Positions 1-10,081 of a stretch of DNA of 64,000 bases are shown here, one piece after another. The notes beneath the pieces were generated by a model. That model did not search any database. It saw nothing but the letters and a program-made list of their open reading frames with translations, and had not been told where the DNA came from. Source of the stretch: Andalucia godoyi And28 (taxonomy: Eukaryota; Protista; Jakobida); NCBI GenBank assembly GCA_009859145.1, contig VRVR01000018.1:253688-317687 (forward strand), in the 5' to 3' direction. A program made the position numbers and the translations under genes. The stretch's first letter is position 1. The number at the start of each line of letters is the position of its first letter.

Positions 1-2
1 TC

Positions 3-2171
3 GTCAGCGCAGGCCAGTCGTCTTCGGATGGCTTGGATGATGAACGAGTAACACTTGACAATATTCATGGAAAATACGGGGAGCTGTTTATGGAACTTGC
101 TGAACGAAAGGCGTACGCCGACGACCAAGCAGATTTGGACGACTTTCCAAAGGAAGTTCCAATTCCGTTCATGCAGAAGTCACGAAACATGCCGGACGAG
201 CGAAGAACGCCAAGCCCCAAGCAAACACACATCCGATCCCGATCCACATCACCTATATCTCCGTTATCGAATTCAGTGATCATGCCTTTTGATCGTGATG
301 GTGATCCTACCACGAAGCGTATTCGCTCCAGCGCAGCTTCACGATCCCCAGAAGTTCGAGGAATGACATCAACGCCAAAAGGTAGCTCGACAAGTGGAAG
401 AATGCTGGTTCATTCCGATCCGCATCAAGAAGTGCCCTCTTTACGCCTTTCAGTCGAAAAAGATGGGTCCCCAAAACCTTCCAGACTTCTTGCTCCACCA
501 ACTTTTCCAGCCCAAAAACAATTAGCACCCATTCGATCACGTTCAGTCTCGCCAGATCCACGAGCAGAGATCAGCAAAGACAGAGAGAGAGGTCAACTGA
601 TTGGAGACAAAGAGCAAGATGAAGGCGATTGTGATCATTTTGGCGGTTCTGACGAAGATTCGGCGACGACTAGTACTCCTCCTGCTGGAATTGGCGGGGG
701 TTTAAATGCGTCAATCCAGCGACCCCCGTTTCCCCCGAGTGCCGATAACTTCTCTGTCCTGGAGTACGATGATTCCGCATCTGCGGATAGCGAAACCGAT
801 GACGAAGAGGAATTTAAAAGCAATCTTTCAAGGCGGCATCTGAAAGGTCCAGCCACTGGCATCTTATCGGGAACAGCATCTCTTCAGGCCTTCACGGCTC
901 TGGTTCGCAGTATCAATGCGGCAATTTCAACGCTTACGAACAGCGCCAACGACGACATCATTCGCGAATGGTTTGCGCAATCCAGCCACTTAGAGAACAC
1001 CGGAGATGCTTTGCAGACAATCCGCCAAATCATGGATGGTTACAAACCAACTGCAGAGCGTCACAGCAGCGGTCCTCATCACTCGCAAGCTACCCGCTCG
1101 AAGCAGTTCCATCAAAAAGATGTGTTTACACAGACGATCCCGTCCAACTTTGGTAAGCAGCTGCAGAGTGAGTGTGAGGTAGCGGGTGTTCTGCAGGCTC
1201 GCATCCGTGCCCACCAAACCACGTCGATGTCGATGATCAAGCATTCCGTAGCAACCATCGAACGGGCATTCGCAAATTTTTCAATCCGCCAAAAGAAGAA
1301 AGAAATATCGGTGAAGCACAATCAAGAATTGCTGATGATTTGGGCACGACACGTTGGCGATCCTCCAGCAAAATCCAGAAAGTGGCTGCTGAGGTTCATT
1401 GCTAGCCTATGCCGCGCGAAGGTGTTATTTGATATTCAGCGCTCCCAGATCGCCATGGGCTCCATGCAGATGACTGCCGCACTAACTGCAAGAAAAGAAA
1501 GGACAGGAAGCAACAACATGACGCTTCCCGAGTTCCTGTTTGATCACATTCGCCAAACCTTTGGACAGAAACGAATTGTCGAAGAGTTCTGTGGTTCCCT
1601 GATCTCAACACTTGAATACTATAGCAAACAGAACGGAGACTTGATCGTCGCACTTTTCACAATCCTTTTGCAGGAACAGTGGAACATGGCCATCTGCGAT
1701 GTGTTCCTTGCATGCCTACGAGAATTTGGTATTCTAACAGCCAGTTCCTCCACGTCGCTTGTGATTGACTTTACACGGCCCATTCTGTTGGATGGAGAAG
1801 TCTGTCTAGAGATCTGCAAAACAATATTCAAGGATTGGAAGGTGCTCAGTCCCGTTGAGGAACTCATGCAAGATGTATCCACGGATTGCCAGCAGCTCGA
1901 GCGGATCATGCGCAAATCGCAGGCAGGGCGTCAGGACGTTGTGAATGCCTACGAGATCCTTCTCAACACACCCGTTCCAGTTTCCTCCAAACAACGACCG
2001 ACATCGTCCAACAATCGTGCCGATGCACCAAGTAGAACACCGTGGTTCAAAAAAGATCTAAATCGCAAGCTGCAGGAGTTCAGGACACCACATTCTGTGT
2101 TTTTCTGTGCGGTCTGCCGCTGTGTTCTCGGAAAACTAACAGGAAAGATACCGACACTGCAGAGCGCCTAA
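3..2171 (+). CDS. Hypothetical protein, 5'-partial; Ser/Pro-rich disordered N-terminal half and helical C-terminal domain
   Basis: Frame is open from the window edge, and the track start at 33 is a TTG. Over 700 codons with no stop. No family recognised. Confidence 0.75.
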   Translation, partial: VSAGQSSSDGLDDERVTLDNIHGKYGELFMELAERKAYADDQADLDDFPKEVPIPFMQKSRNMPDERRTPSPKQTHIRSRSTSPISPLSNSVIMPFDRDGDPTTKRIRSSAASRSPEVRGMTSTPKGSSTSGRMLVHSDPHQEVPSLRLSVEKDGSPKPSRLLAPPTFPAQKQLAPIRSRSVSPDPRAEISKDRERGQLIGDKEQDEGDCDHFGGSDEDSATTSTPPAGIGGGLNASIQRPPFPPSADNFSVLEYDDSASADSETDDEEEFKSNLSRRHLKGPATGILSGTASLQAFTALVRSINAAISTLTNSANDDIIREWFAQSSHLENTGDALQTIRQIMDGYKPTAERHSSGPHHSQATRSKQFHQKDVFTQTIPSNFGKQLQSECEVAGVLQARIRAHQTTSMSMIKHSVATIERAFANFSIRQKKKEISVKHNQELLMIWARHVGDPPAKSRKWLLRFIASLCRAKVLFDIQRSQIAMGSMQMTAALTARKERTGSNNMTLPEFLFDHIRQTFGQKRIVEEFCGSLISTLEYYSKQNGDLIVALFTILLQEQWNMAICDVFLACLREFGILTASSSTSLVIDFTRPILLDGEVCLEICKTIFKDWKVLSPVEELMQDVSTDCQQLERIMRKSQAGRQDVVNAYEILLNTPVPVSSKQRPTSSNNRADAPSRTPWFKKDLNRKLQEFRTPHSVFFCAVCRCVLGKLTGKIPTLQSA

Positions 2172-2228
2172 AAAAGCGTCAAAAGAGAAACCGCATAAGA
2201 TTAAAACGGAAATTCGTTAAGAACAGCA

Positions 2229-3636
2229 TCAAAGCAAGTACAAATTCAGTACCATGTTCTGATCGTTGAGCCCACCCTTACCACCACTGCGACGAGCAAA
2301 GTCTGTGAGAGACATTTCCGGAAAAGGAGACGGGAAATGAAGACCATTCTCCCCCACGCTCATCGCTGCAACATCTCCGACACTAACCTGTGTCTTCTTG
2401 CACAGCTTGCTAAGGAGTTTCACGACCGATTCGGTCATGCGCACCTGGACGGGAAATGACTGCGACTCCTCATTGTGATGCATGACGACGGTGATGATGG
2501 AAACGCTCGCGTCGCCAGCCGTCCTCTTTTGCGAGGAATCAGGCACAGATGCTGACGATGCAGCAGCAGACACAGTACGCATCGGAGACATCGGTATCTT
2601 CGGCGTGCCAGGAACATCGTCAGAATGGGCTCGTTCCACCAAAGTTCGTTCAATAATCTTGAAAACTTCAGTACGGTCTGACTCAGCCAAAATGGGAACC
2701 CGTCCAAACGACGAGTTCCTCTCTTCCTGGGGGGTAGCCAGATCCTTCGGGGATTCTGTCTTCACCAAATTGAGAGAAAATTTCTGAAAGGCGGCTCTAC
2801 TCTTCTCTCGCAGCTCTTCCGTAGCAGCAGGAAGCACAAAACAATCCAAAAGGTCATCATCTTCCATGCCAAGGTCCTCCGCAGTGTCCTCATCGCGAAC
2901 TTGGTCCGCGTCAAATCGCAACACAATGCGATGAAATTCATCATCATGCAACTTCATTCTCCGAGACGCTGCCAAGCGAAGCTTTGCAAACGGATGATCT
3001 GCTCGGATTTTGAAAGACAGAACGTCCTTTTCTGAGAGTTTGCATCGGACGGAAATAAAGTCGTCAGATCTCGCATTTTCCAGCTGCACCTGGCTTGTAC
3101 CTCCACCCGTGGATGGCTGCTTGTTCGCCATGCACAAGGACTCTGGAGCAGGGGGCTCACAAGGATGGATCCCAAATCCAGGGACGCTGACGTTCCAAAC
3201 CCCTGCTTGAGCAAGGAACTTGAATGATGTTTTCATGATGGTGTTCAACTCCTCATTGCTGTCTTCAACGGAGTCGTTCAATGCGCTCGACGACGCCTCA
3301 GCTTGTACAGCGGAGCTCATGATAAGCCCTTGTGTTTTCGAAATCGTTCGTCTGTAATCATCAATCTGCTGACTGATAGCCGTGGCTCCCAGTCGAATCG
3401 CCGCACGAGACCTCATAGCCGCATCGAATTCATCCTGCATAGATTTTTCAAAGGACATTGTCTCTCGAATAACAACCAGTTCATTGTCCTCTTTCCGTCT
3501 TTTCAAGGACACCTCTGAACCTTCCGATCCATTCCCCCTACGACCCCGCTTCCTGCCATAAGACGGGCCGTCGCTATCACCGTAATCGCCACCACCGCCA
3601 CCATGATCACCACCACGATCATCATCATCATCATCA

Positions 3637-3678
<42 letters not shown>

Positions 3679-4010
3679 GCAGCATCATTGATACCAGTCT
3701 TACCACCAGCACCAGTTCGAAACCTTCTCTGCGACTTCCTCAGCAGTTGACTGGTCTTTTGGTCATATTCCTTTTTCGTTATTTTCCCCCTTTTCAGCTT
3801 CATGCGCAACAGCTTCATAGAGTCTGCAGTAAACGGAGAGAGTTCTCCTCCATTCTCCCCTTCAGTCCCGCTCTCCGCCGCAATCTCGGCCCGTTTCTTG
3901 GCTTCCTCTTGCGCTGCTTTTGAAAAAACGGTAGACTTCTTGTGTCCAAAGCTGAAGAAATCATCATCGCTGCTGCTGCCATCATCTCCCTCAGCACCCG
4001 AAATCCCCAT
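2229..4010 (-). CDS. Rad60/Esc2/NIP45-like protein with SUMO-like domain(s) and a poly-Asp tract
   Basis: 593 aa. SUMO/ubiquitin-like segment (FKIRADHPFAKL...LRFDADQVRDEDTAEDLGMEDDDLLD), a possible second ubiquitin-like fold at the C-terminus, and an acidic/basic low-complexity N-terminus. Confidence 0.55.
3618..3677. repeat. (ATC)n(GTC)n microsatellite encoding about 20 Asp on the minus strand
   Basis: Seen directly in the sequence. Confidence 0.95.
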
Positions 4011-4137
4011 GTCTGCGTCCTCGTACTGGTTATTGGTACTTGCAACCTCTCGAGGTCAATCAAAGTGCGACAATAGTTATCATTCTTTCAAGGATATTTA
4101 TATATTTTTTGTTCATGAAAAAACCTTCAATCGCAAG

Positions 4138-4665
4138 CCGTTGAATAATAACACGTCATTGTCATGCATACAGAAGGAAAGTATCCATAAACAGACACGG
4201 TCAATGCTGGCCGACACTAGCACGTTTTGCTTCACAGGCATTCGTGCTTACGCATGCTCGGCCAAAATTCAGCCGGTGACATAGGCTCCGCATTTTCGAC
4301 ACTCTTTAACGCAGCATCCGTAGCCATCTATTCTATCATTCGTTGGTTTCACTTTTTGCAACGTTTGTGCCATACGGCGACCGAGTATCGCGAGCGCCAT
4401 GTTGCCATCGTGACGGAGGAGCACACGTCCAAAACGTGCGGGTGCTGCGGTGAGATCCATGCACGTCTCGGCGGAAGCAGCAAAGTGTTTGCATGTCCCG
4501 CGTGCAGCTCAGAGATTGATCGAGATTGGGAACGGAGCGCGGAACATTTATCTGAAGAACGCCGTGGGGCGTGTTGGGGGGCCTATCCCCTTCCCGGCAA
4601 CGGGATGCAAGACTGAATATGCATGTCTATTCGTAGATATGCATGTTCAGTGCATAATGTAGGCG
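4138..4665 (+). mobile_element. Non-autonomous Fanzor2 (TnpB-derived) element, deletion derivative 1; keeps the RuvC-II/zinc-finger/RuvC-III remnant
   Basis: Translation HFLQRLCHTATEYRERHVAIVTEEHTSKTCGCCG...LGGSSKVFACPACSSEIDRDW(+1)NGARNIYLKN matches the TnpB/Fanzor2 C-terminus. Both ends are homologous to 35062-35564. Starts at CCG, ends TAATGTAGGCG. Confidence 0.9.
4570..4665 (+). ncRNA. Putative omegaRNA scaffold (3' part) at the Fanzor right end; the guide would be the flank from 4666
   Basis: UCCCG-GCAA-CGGGA hairpin, a 17-18 bp stem capped by UUCG, and loop CCUAU complementary to terminal GUAGG. Structure is conserved with a compensatory change in copy 2. The 5' boundary is uncertain. 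Confidence 0.65.
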
Positions 4666-4822
4666 CAGTCAGTCACATGCGAATTCCTTTGCGGATCATC
4701 GACCGTAGTGCACAAGAGCTGTGCCAAAAAGCGCAAAGCATATCAACAACAAAACAACCGATCATGCGCGCACAAAAATTCCCTATGACTGCTTGATTAC
4801 TGCGAGAACGCACTACGCAGTG

Positions 4823-6142
4823 ATGCAGCGTTATGACATAATTCCTGAGAGCCCCAGTTATTACCCGTCTCCGAGTTTATTAGCGGGGTCCGAGTCGGAG
4901 AGTAGACGGAATGGAGATGACTGGAGAGCGGGCAACCATCACCACCTCCACAACAGCAGCAACAACAGCAACATCAGTAGTAGTAGTAGTGGTGGCGTTG
5001 GTGGTGGTGGGGGTGCGGTGGCAGGTGACGATGAGGGGTCCCCCATGCGCAAAGTGTCCCGAGTGGCAGAGGCTGCAGCACAGCACTATGACGAGATCGC
5101 GAGGCTTCAGTTTGATCGAATGGACTCGGATATTCTCAATTTACGAAAGTTTAACAACTGGGTGAAGGCGATGTTGTTGTCGTGGCACACTGCGAGAGGA
5201 CGCCCGCTCTTGGATATCTGCTGCGGAAAGATGGGGGACCTTCCCAAGCACATTACGAACGAAATCGGGTTCTTGGTTGCTGCTGACATTTCTGGGGAAT
5301 CGGTCAAGGAAGGGATTCGACGGTTCCAAGACTCGAAAAACGCTCTCTTTGACGCAGCCTTTCTCGTGTGCAACTGCTTCCAAGATGATGTACCAAGCTT
5401 GTTGTTTTCAAAACTGGCACCGTTGAAAAACAGCTTGTGGTTTGCCACTGTGTCGTGCCAGTTTTCGCTGCATTACTCTTTTGTGAATGAAGCGACGGTT
5501 CGTGGATTTGTGCGGAACGTCTGCGAACGAATGGCAAACGGAGCACGGTTTGTCGCCACGGTTGCCGATATGAGGAAATTGTTGAAGAAGCTCGCTGAAG
5601 TTCCAAGCGACAGCCTGCGGTTCGGAAATGCGTTCTTCAACGTGGAAGTGTATGACGCAAATCTCAAAGCAAAGAGCGCAGACGACGCGGCGATCGACAA
5701 GCTTATTCGCGAACAAGTATTGACAAATCCGTTCGGTCGTGCATATGAGTTTACGCTGCGTGGCTCTGTAGAGGCCTTAACAGAGTTTTTGGTGCCCATT
5801 CCTGTTCTGCGATCGCTTTTTCAGGAACATGGTGTGCGATTGGTAGAAACGCTCAATTTCGGTGAGTTTTGGAAGAAATATCGCTCGGATCCAGAAGGAT
5901 CCGAAGCTTTCGAGAGAATGGTTCTTGGGCCATCGACAATCAGCGAAGAAGGAGTCCCGCCTTCCCTGTCCACTGAGGAATGGGAGATCGCCCATCTGTA
6001 CAGAACGCTGGTTTTCCAGAAAGACAGGAGAGACCCAACTCCAGGGTACGGCAGTCCCATCGAAATCAAGAGTGTGTCCGCGACTGCCGGCGGGAGGGGA
6101 CATCCCCAGTTTGTTTACATCACGAAAGAGGAGTCCATGTAA
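4823..6142 (+). CDS. RNMT: mRNA cap guanine-N7 methyltransferase (RNMT/Abd1)
   Basis: AAQHYD, LRKFNNWVKAMLL, LDICCGKMGDLPK, VSCQFSLHYSF and EFLV...EWEIAHLY motifs. First ATG at 4823 (the track start at 4721 is GTG). Confidence 0.93.
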   Translation: MQRYDIIPESPSYYPSPSLLAGSESESRRNGDDWRAGNHHHLHNSSNNSNISSSSSGGVGGGGGAVAGDDEGSPMRKVSRVAEAAAQHYDEIARLQFDRMDSDILNLRKFNNWVKAMLLSWHTARGRPLLDICCGKMGDLPKHITNEIGFLVAADISGESVKEGIRRFQDSKNALFDAAFLVCNCFQDDVPSLLFSKLAPLKNSLWFATVSCQFSLHYSFVNEATVRGFVRNVCERMANGARFVATVADMRKLLKKLAEVPSDSLRFGNAFFNVEVYDANLKAKSADDAAIDKLIREQVLTNPFGRAYEFTLRGSVEALTEFLVPIPVLRSLFQEHGVRLVETLNFGEFWKKYRSDPEGSEAFERMVLGPSTISEEGVPPSLSTEEWEIAHLYRTLVFQKDRRDPTPGYGSPIEIKSVSATAGGRGHPQFVYITKEESM

Positions 6143-6159
6143 AGCTGTGCAAAGTATAA

Positions 6160-7197
6160 TTATTGGTCGGCGGGTCGCGTCTGGTCAGTTTCATGGTCGC
6201 GTCGCTGCTGCTGTTGTTGCCGTTTCCAGCGGCGAAGCTCCAGTGGAGGGATGTCCTGAGGGATACTGCTCTTCGGCTTGTTGCTGAAAGGAGAAGTGGT
6301 GTAGCCGTTATGATACACGAATCCCGATTTCACTGTCTCGAATGTACAGAACATGACGCCCGCAAACGGAACAACTTTAAGAACCCCAGCCTTGTACCCA
6401 GACCACAGGCCGCGAGCACCTCTTTGGCGAACAGTCTGGACAAATCCATCAATCATGCCTCGCAGCAACGAAGCATCAGAGAGTGTCTCAAAATTAGCTC
6501 CAGCAGACTGCACCTGGAGTCTCTTTTTGACCGTGTCAAACGGATAAGCAATCACCAATGCAAGGGCCGAAGCACTGCATCCATGCAAGAAATGCTCCAG
6601 CGCAGACCGTTGATGCCGTGGTCTCGAAATGATCTTTTCAAGAAGTTCATACGTCACAAATGTACCTCCAGAATACGGAACATGTCCCAGAACTGCCGGA
6701 ACAACACCGCGATAGAACGTGCGAAACCCTTCTTCTCGATAGATCATCTTTGCTGCGCTGCAGATCCCAGTGTACTTCCGAACGCTCTTTCGAGAATTTT
6801 GGACGGTCAGTCTCGTTTTGATGAGATCCAATGGATACGTTACGAATGTGGCCACAATTCCTCCCGCTGTCCCAGCAACAAACGCTTTCGCTGGAGAAAG
6901 CATTCCTGACAAGCCATCCGACATCTCGGTCCGGAGATAGAAAAAAGTGCTAAACTGTGCAAAGTTGTGCGGGATGGACTTCGCACAAGACGCGCCATTT
7001 CCTTTCCAGAACGCACGAATTCCTTCTGCCTCATAGATGTTGCGAAAAGAATGCATCAATCCCGCACTGGTGCTCTTGCATCCCACCTGTCGCATAACCT
7101 GCACGACTTCAAACGGTGAAGTCAGTGTCCGGGCAACGATCCCCGCCGCCGACGTTGCGCAAAACGACTGTCCAAAGGTTATCCTGTTCTCCTTCAT
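6160..7197 (-). CDS. Mitochondrial carrier family (SLC25) protein
   Basis: Three carrier repeats with PX[DE]XX[KR]X[KR] signatures (PFEVVQVMRQ, PLDLIKTRL, PFDTVKKRL). Substrate not determinable. Confidence 0.93.
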   Translation of the reverse strand: MKENRITFGQSFCATSAAGIVARTLTSPFEVVQVMRQVGCKSTSAGLMHSFRNIYEAEGIRAFWKGNGASCAKSIPHNFAQFSTFFYLRTEMSDGLSGMLSPAKAFVAGTAGGIVATFVTYPLDLIKTRLTVQNSRKSVRKYTGICSAAKMIYREEGFRTFYRGVVPAVLGHVPYSGGTFVTYELLEKIISRPRHQRSALEHFLHGCSASALALVIAYPFDTVKKRLQVQSAGANFETLSDASLLRGMIDGFVQTVRQRGARGLWSGYKAGVLKVVPFAGVMFCTFETVKSGFVYHNGYTTSPFSNKPKSSIPQDIPPLELRRWKRQQQQQRRDHETDQTRPADQ

Positions 7198-7557
7198 ATA
7201 TATGTTTTTTTTTGTTTTTGTTTTGTTTTTTGGATCTCACTCTTCCCGATCCAGCTACGAACATCAGCCACACCCTTTTCAGAGATCGTCACTCGTACAG
7301 GCACATCCCCCCCGCACATCCGACACCATCGGTTCTCGCTTTCCCCAACCCTGTCCAGCCTGGCGTGTTGCGTTCTATTGTTGCTCCACTGTACTGCTCA
7401 GAGGAACTCGAGCGGAACTCAAACTTGTACGTGACATAAAAGACGCGTTTTCCCTGTGGAATAATGGCACACCGCCCCAACGCACGAAAGAGATCCAATT
7501 GTTATCTTGCACGCTGTACGTACAGAAGAGAGAAATAAAAAGAAGAGAAGGGAAGAT

Positions 7558-8031
7558 ATGGTGCATTCGCGGCTCGCGCAACTCGCAGTGCTCAAGAAGC
7601 TGAGAACGAAGCTTTCTGACTGGCACATTCTTCAGGGGCATTTGCCGGATCCGCCGCTGAGCGAAATTCCTGAGCGATGGCGAGTTCACGCATTTACTCT
7701 TTCGCGCAGCGATCGCATGCGTCTTCTTCGAGAGTCTTGGAAAGACTACGTGCTGTCCTGGAAGTCTGTTCGAGGTGGGCCGGCCGCGGGCGTGTCTCTG
7801 ATTGAATCGCAAACGCAGAAGACTAGAGATGCGTGGAACGAAGTCATCAGTGCGGCAAATTCTTCAAACAAGGATGGCACGGTGGAGCAATCCAGGGTGT
7901 TCTTGCAGGACCGTATCAAGGCTTGGGTTGCCGATCGCATGCAAGTCTACCAGCTGTGTCTCGTTGCCTTTGTCCAAGGTTATAAAGAGGGTATTTCAGG
8001 TCCAACCCAAACGACAGCCAACAGCACAACC

Positions 8032-8093
<62 letters not shown>

Positions 8094-8136
8094 TACTGGT
8101 ACTAGTAGCGATGGTAGTGGGAGAAATAGCAATTGA
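7558..8136 (+). CDS. Hypothetical protein with C-terminal poly-Ser
   Basis: 192-aa ORF from ATG 7558, divergent from the carrier gene. Helical pattern ending AFVQGYKEG. Confidence 0.7.
8032..8088. repeat. (AGT)19 microsatellite encoding poly-Ser
   Basis: Seen directly in the sequence. Confidence 0.95.
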
Positions 8137-8190
8137 GAGCAGACGATTCGGGAAAATGTACAATATTCTCAAGGGAGGATGAAAGATCCT

Positions 8191-9369
8191 CTATGTCCAC
8201 GGATAAAAATTTCCGAACATGAGAGCTCCGAGGACCATATAAGCACCGCAGTACAGGAACACCACAAAGCGAACTCTCGTGGAGGAATAGCAGATCTCTC
8301 CGAGAAACCAAAACAACGGCGGACATGAAGCCAAGAACCTTGTCAGAACCTGCACATGCATAACCGTCACGCCAGCACCAGCAAGAATGACCCAGTAGTA
8401 GTAGAACGGGAGAAGCACGTCGTCCCGCTTGTCCGTGTCTAAGCCCCTTTTCACACCGAAGAGATTAGCTGTAAAGAACCGAACGGGATCCTTCTTCACA
8501 TATCGGTAGATCGCAATGGCTGAAACATAGAGAATGGGAGCGGCCAGCACGAAATTCGGAATCTGCTTCAACGTGTAGTATTTGAAAAGTCCAACGCCCC
8601 AATATCTGGACTGCACGTATCCGTATAAGTTTCGAGATTCGCAGTATGGCCTTGCATCGGTAGTGGGGCAAAAGTAGTACATACCAACAGCCTGGTGGAT
8701 CACCGAGGGCAGCGCAACCAACAGCGTCTGCAGCATGGAAACCATGATCCTTACAATCGATCTCGATTGAAGCGCAGAAAGGATGAGAAATCCTGCACAA
8801 ACAGCTCCATTGGAACGGATTCCTGCGGCGATCACAAACGAGAGCGTCGCCAGCCACGACCTGTGCGAGACAAGCAACAAGTACATGCCAGTGAGCGTTG
8901 CAAGGGCAAAGGGAGACTCTGTGTAGGCAGCAGTCAGAAAAATAGAAGCCGGATTAAATATATAAAGCAGAGTCGATCGCACAGCTGCTTTGTGGGAAAG
9001 AAAGCGTGTGGACAGGAGATGGAACACCGCCACGGAGATCAGAAACGTCGAATTGGAAATAACGATTCCTGCAAACAGGGCAGTGCACCGAGTGAGCGGT
9101 CCAAATGCCTCGGCCAATGCACGCATCAGGAACGGATACAAAGGAAAAAACGCATAAAAGTTTTCAAAGTCATATGCGCCGCCGGACGTCGCAATAGCAG
9201 TGAAATAATGAGCGTCCCAGTGGCCAAACGGCTGTAATACAGCGGAGCACCGCGAAACTTCCGACGACGTGTCGTAGTCGGAGATCCACAGCGACGCCAG
9301 AATGACAAATGCAATGTAGGCGAGTCGAACGCCGGCGGCTAGACCCACTAATGATCCTACTCGAAACAT
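8191..9369 (-). CDS. PIGV: GPI mannosyltransferase 2 (PIG-V/Gpi18)
   Basis: HWDAHYF, YAFFPLYP, FNPASIFLTAAYTESPFA, IRSNG, YVQSRYWGVG..KYYTLKQIPNF.LA.P and terminal FYPWT motifs; multi-pass membrane protein. Confidence 0.95.
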   Translation of the reverse strand: MFRVGSLVGLAAGVRLAYIAFVILASLWISDYDTSSEVSRCSAVLQPFGHWDAHYFTAIATSGGAYDFENFYAFFPLYPFLMRALAEAFGPLTRCTALFAGIVISNSTFLISVAVFHLLSTRFLSHKAAVRSTLLYIFNPASIFLTAAYTESPFALATLTGMYLLLVSHRSWLATLSFVIAAGIRSNGAVCAGFLILSALQSRSIVRIMVSMLQTLLVALPSVIHQAVGMYYFCPTTDARPYCESRNLYGYVQSRYWGVGLFKYYTLKQIPNFVLAAPILYVSAIAIYRYVKKDPVRFFTANLFGVKRGLDTDKRDDVLLPFYYYWVILAGAGVTVMHVQVLTRFLASCPPLFWFLGEICYSSTRVRFVVFLYCGAYMVLGALMFGNFYPWT

Positions 9370-9645
9370 TTATTCTCAAAGAGGATCGATTCTCGTCTCC
9401 TTCTTTCAACCTGTTCGGTTTCTCTCCCGTTGTTCCGCACTGACTGGCCGCCGCATTCAAAGGCTTTTTCGGAAAGGCCGTGTTTTCTTTTTTGGTTTTG
9501 GCCTTTTTTTTGTCTCTAGCATCAAGTTGAGGCATGCGCAGGTGAGTCGGAGTGACGCCCACAAGCAGGAAATGCATGGTTCTGCAACTCGGAAAGCTCA
9601 AAAGGAATTTCCCCCCTCCAAACCTCCCCGTCTGTTTTTCTCTTC

Positions 9646-9835
9646 TTGTCTTCTCGGCCAATTGGCTAAGATTATTTGTAGTATCTGTTCTTATTAGTTT
9701 AACAACTAATATCGGCGCCACGTGCGCTTTGTTGTTATACTAATTTTTCTGGGGGGAGGCCTGCGGGCGCTTGCGTTTCGTGGTCCTCGGCCTTGATCCT
9801 TTGGCATTACACAACAGCTAGGTTTTGAGGACCCC
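9646..9835 (+). ncRNA. RNU2: U2 spliceosomal snRNA (variant); ends approximate
   Basis: CTTCTCGGCC-aatt-GGCTAAGAT...TGTAGTATCTGTTCTTAT. Branch-point recognition sequence GTAGTA at 9678-9683; stem IIa TATTAG/CTAATA; IIc pairing TAACAA/TTGTTA; Sm-like site AATTTTTCTG at 9742-9751; CUUG-capped stem III; loop IV ATTACAC. Confidence 0.88.
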
Positions 9836-10081
9836 TTACACTTCTTATTGTATTTAATTTAATTTAAGCGATTATGAACCGTTTACACCCATACATGCAG
9901 CCGCAGAACACGAGAAACGAAAACGGCCAAACCCAGAACAAGAAAAAGGCGGCGGCCGAAAAAAAACAAAAACAAAACGACAACAACATAGAAAGTAGTG
10001 AGCACTACCATACACCCGACGCGGGCACAGTGCAGATACATTGAGCGTATGCATGCGCAAAAATGATGTCTTGTTTACGAG

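Noticed and set aside
3802-4284. 160-aa ORF spanning the element's left end
   Set aside because: Composite of antisense coding sequence and non-coding left-end DNA. The homologous frame in copy 2 reflects only nucleotide similarity; no transposase motifs seen.
9312-9322. CAATGTAGGCG, matching the element right-end motif
   Set aside because: Lies inside the PIG-V coding sequence (antisense of RLAYIA) with no upstream homology to either element; chance match.
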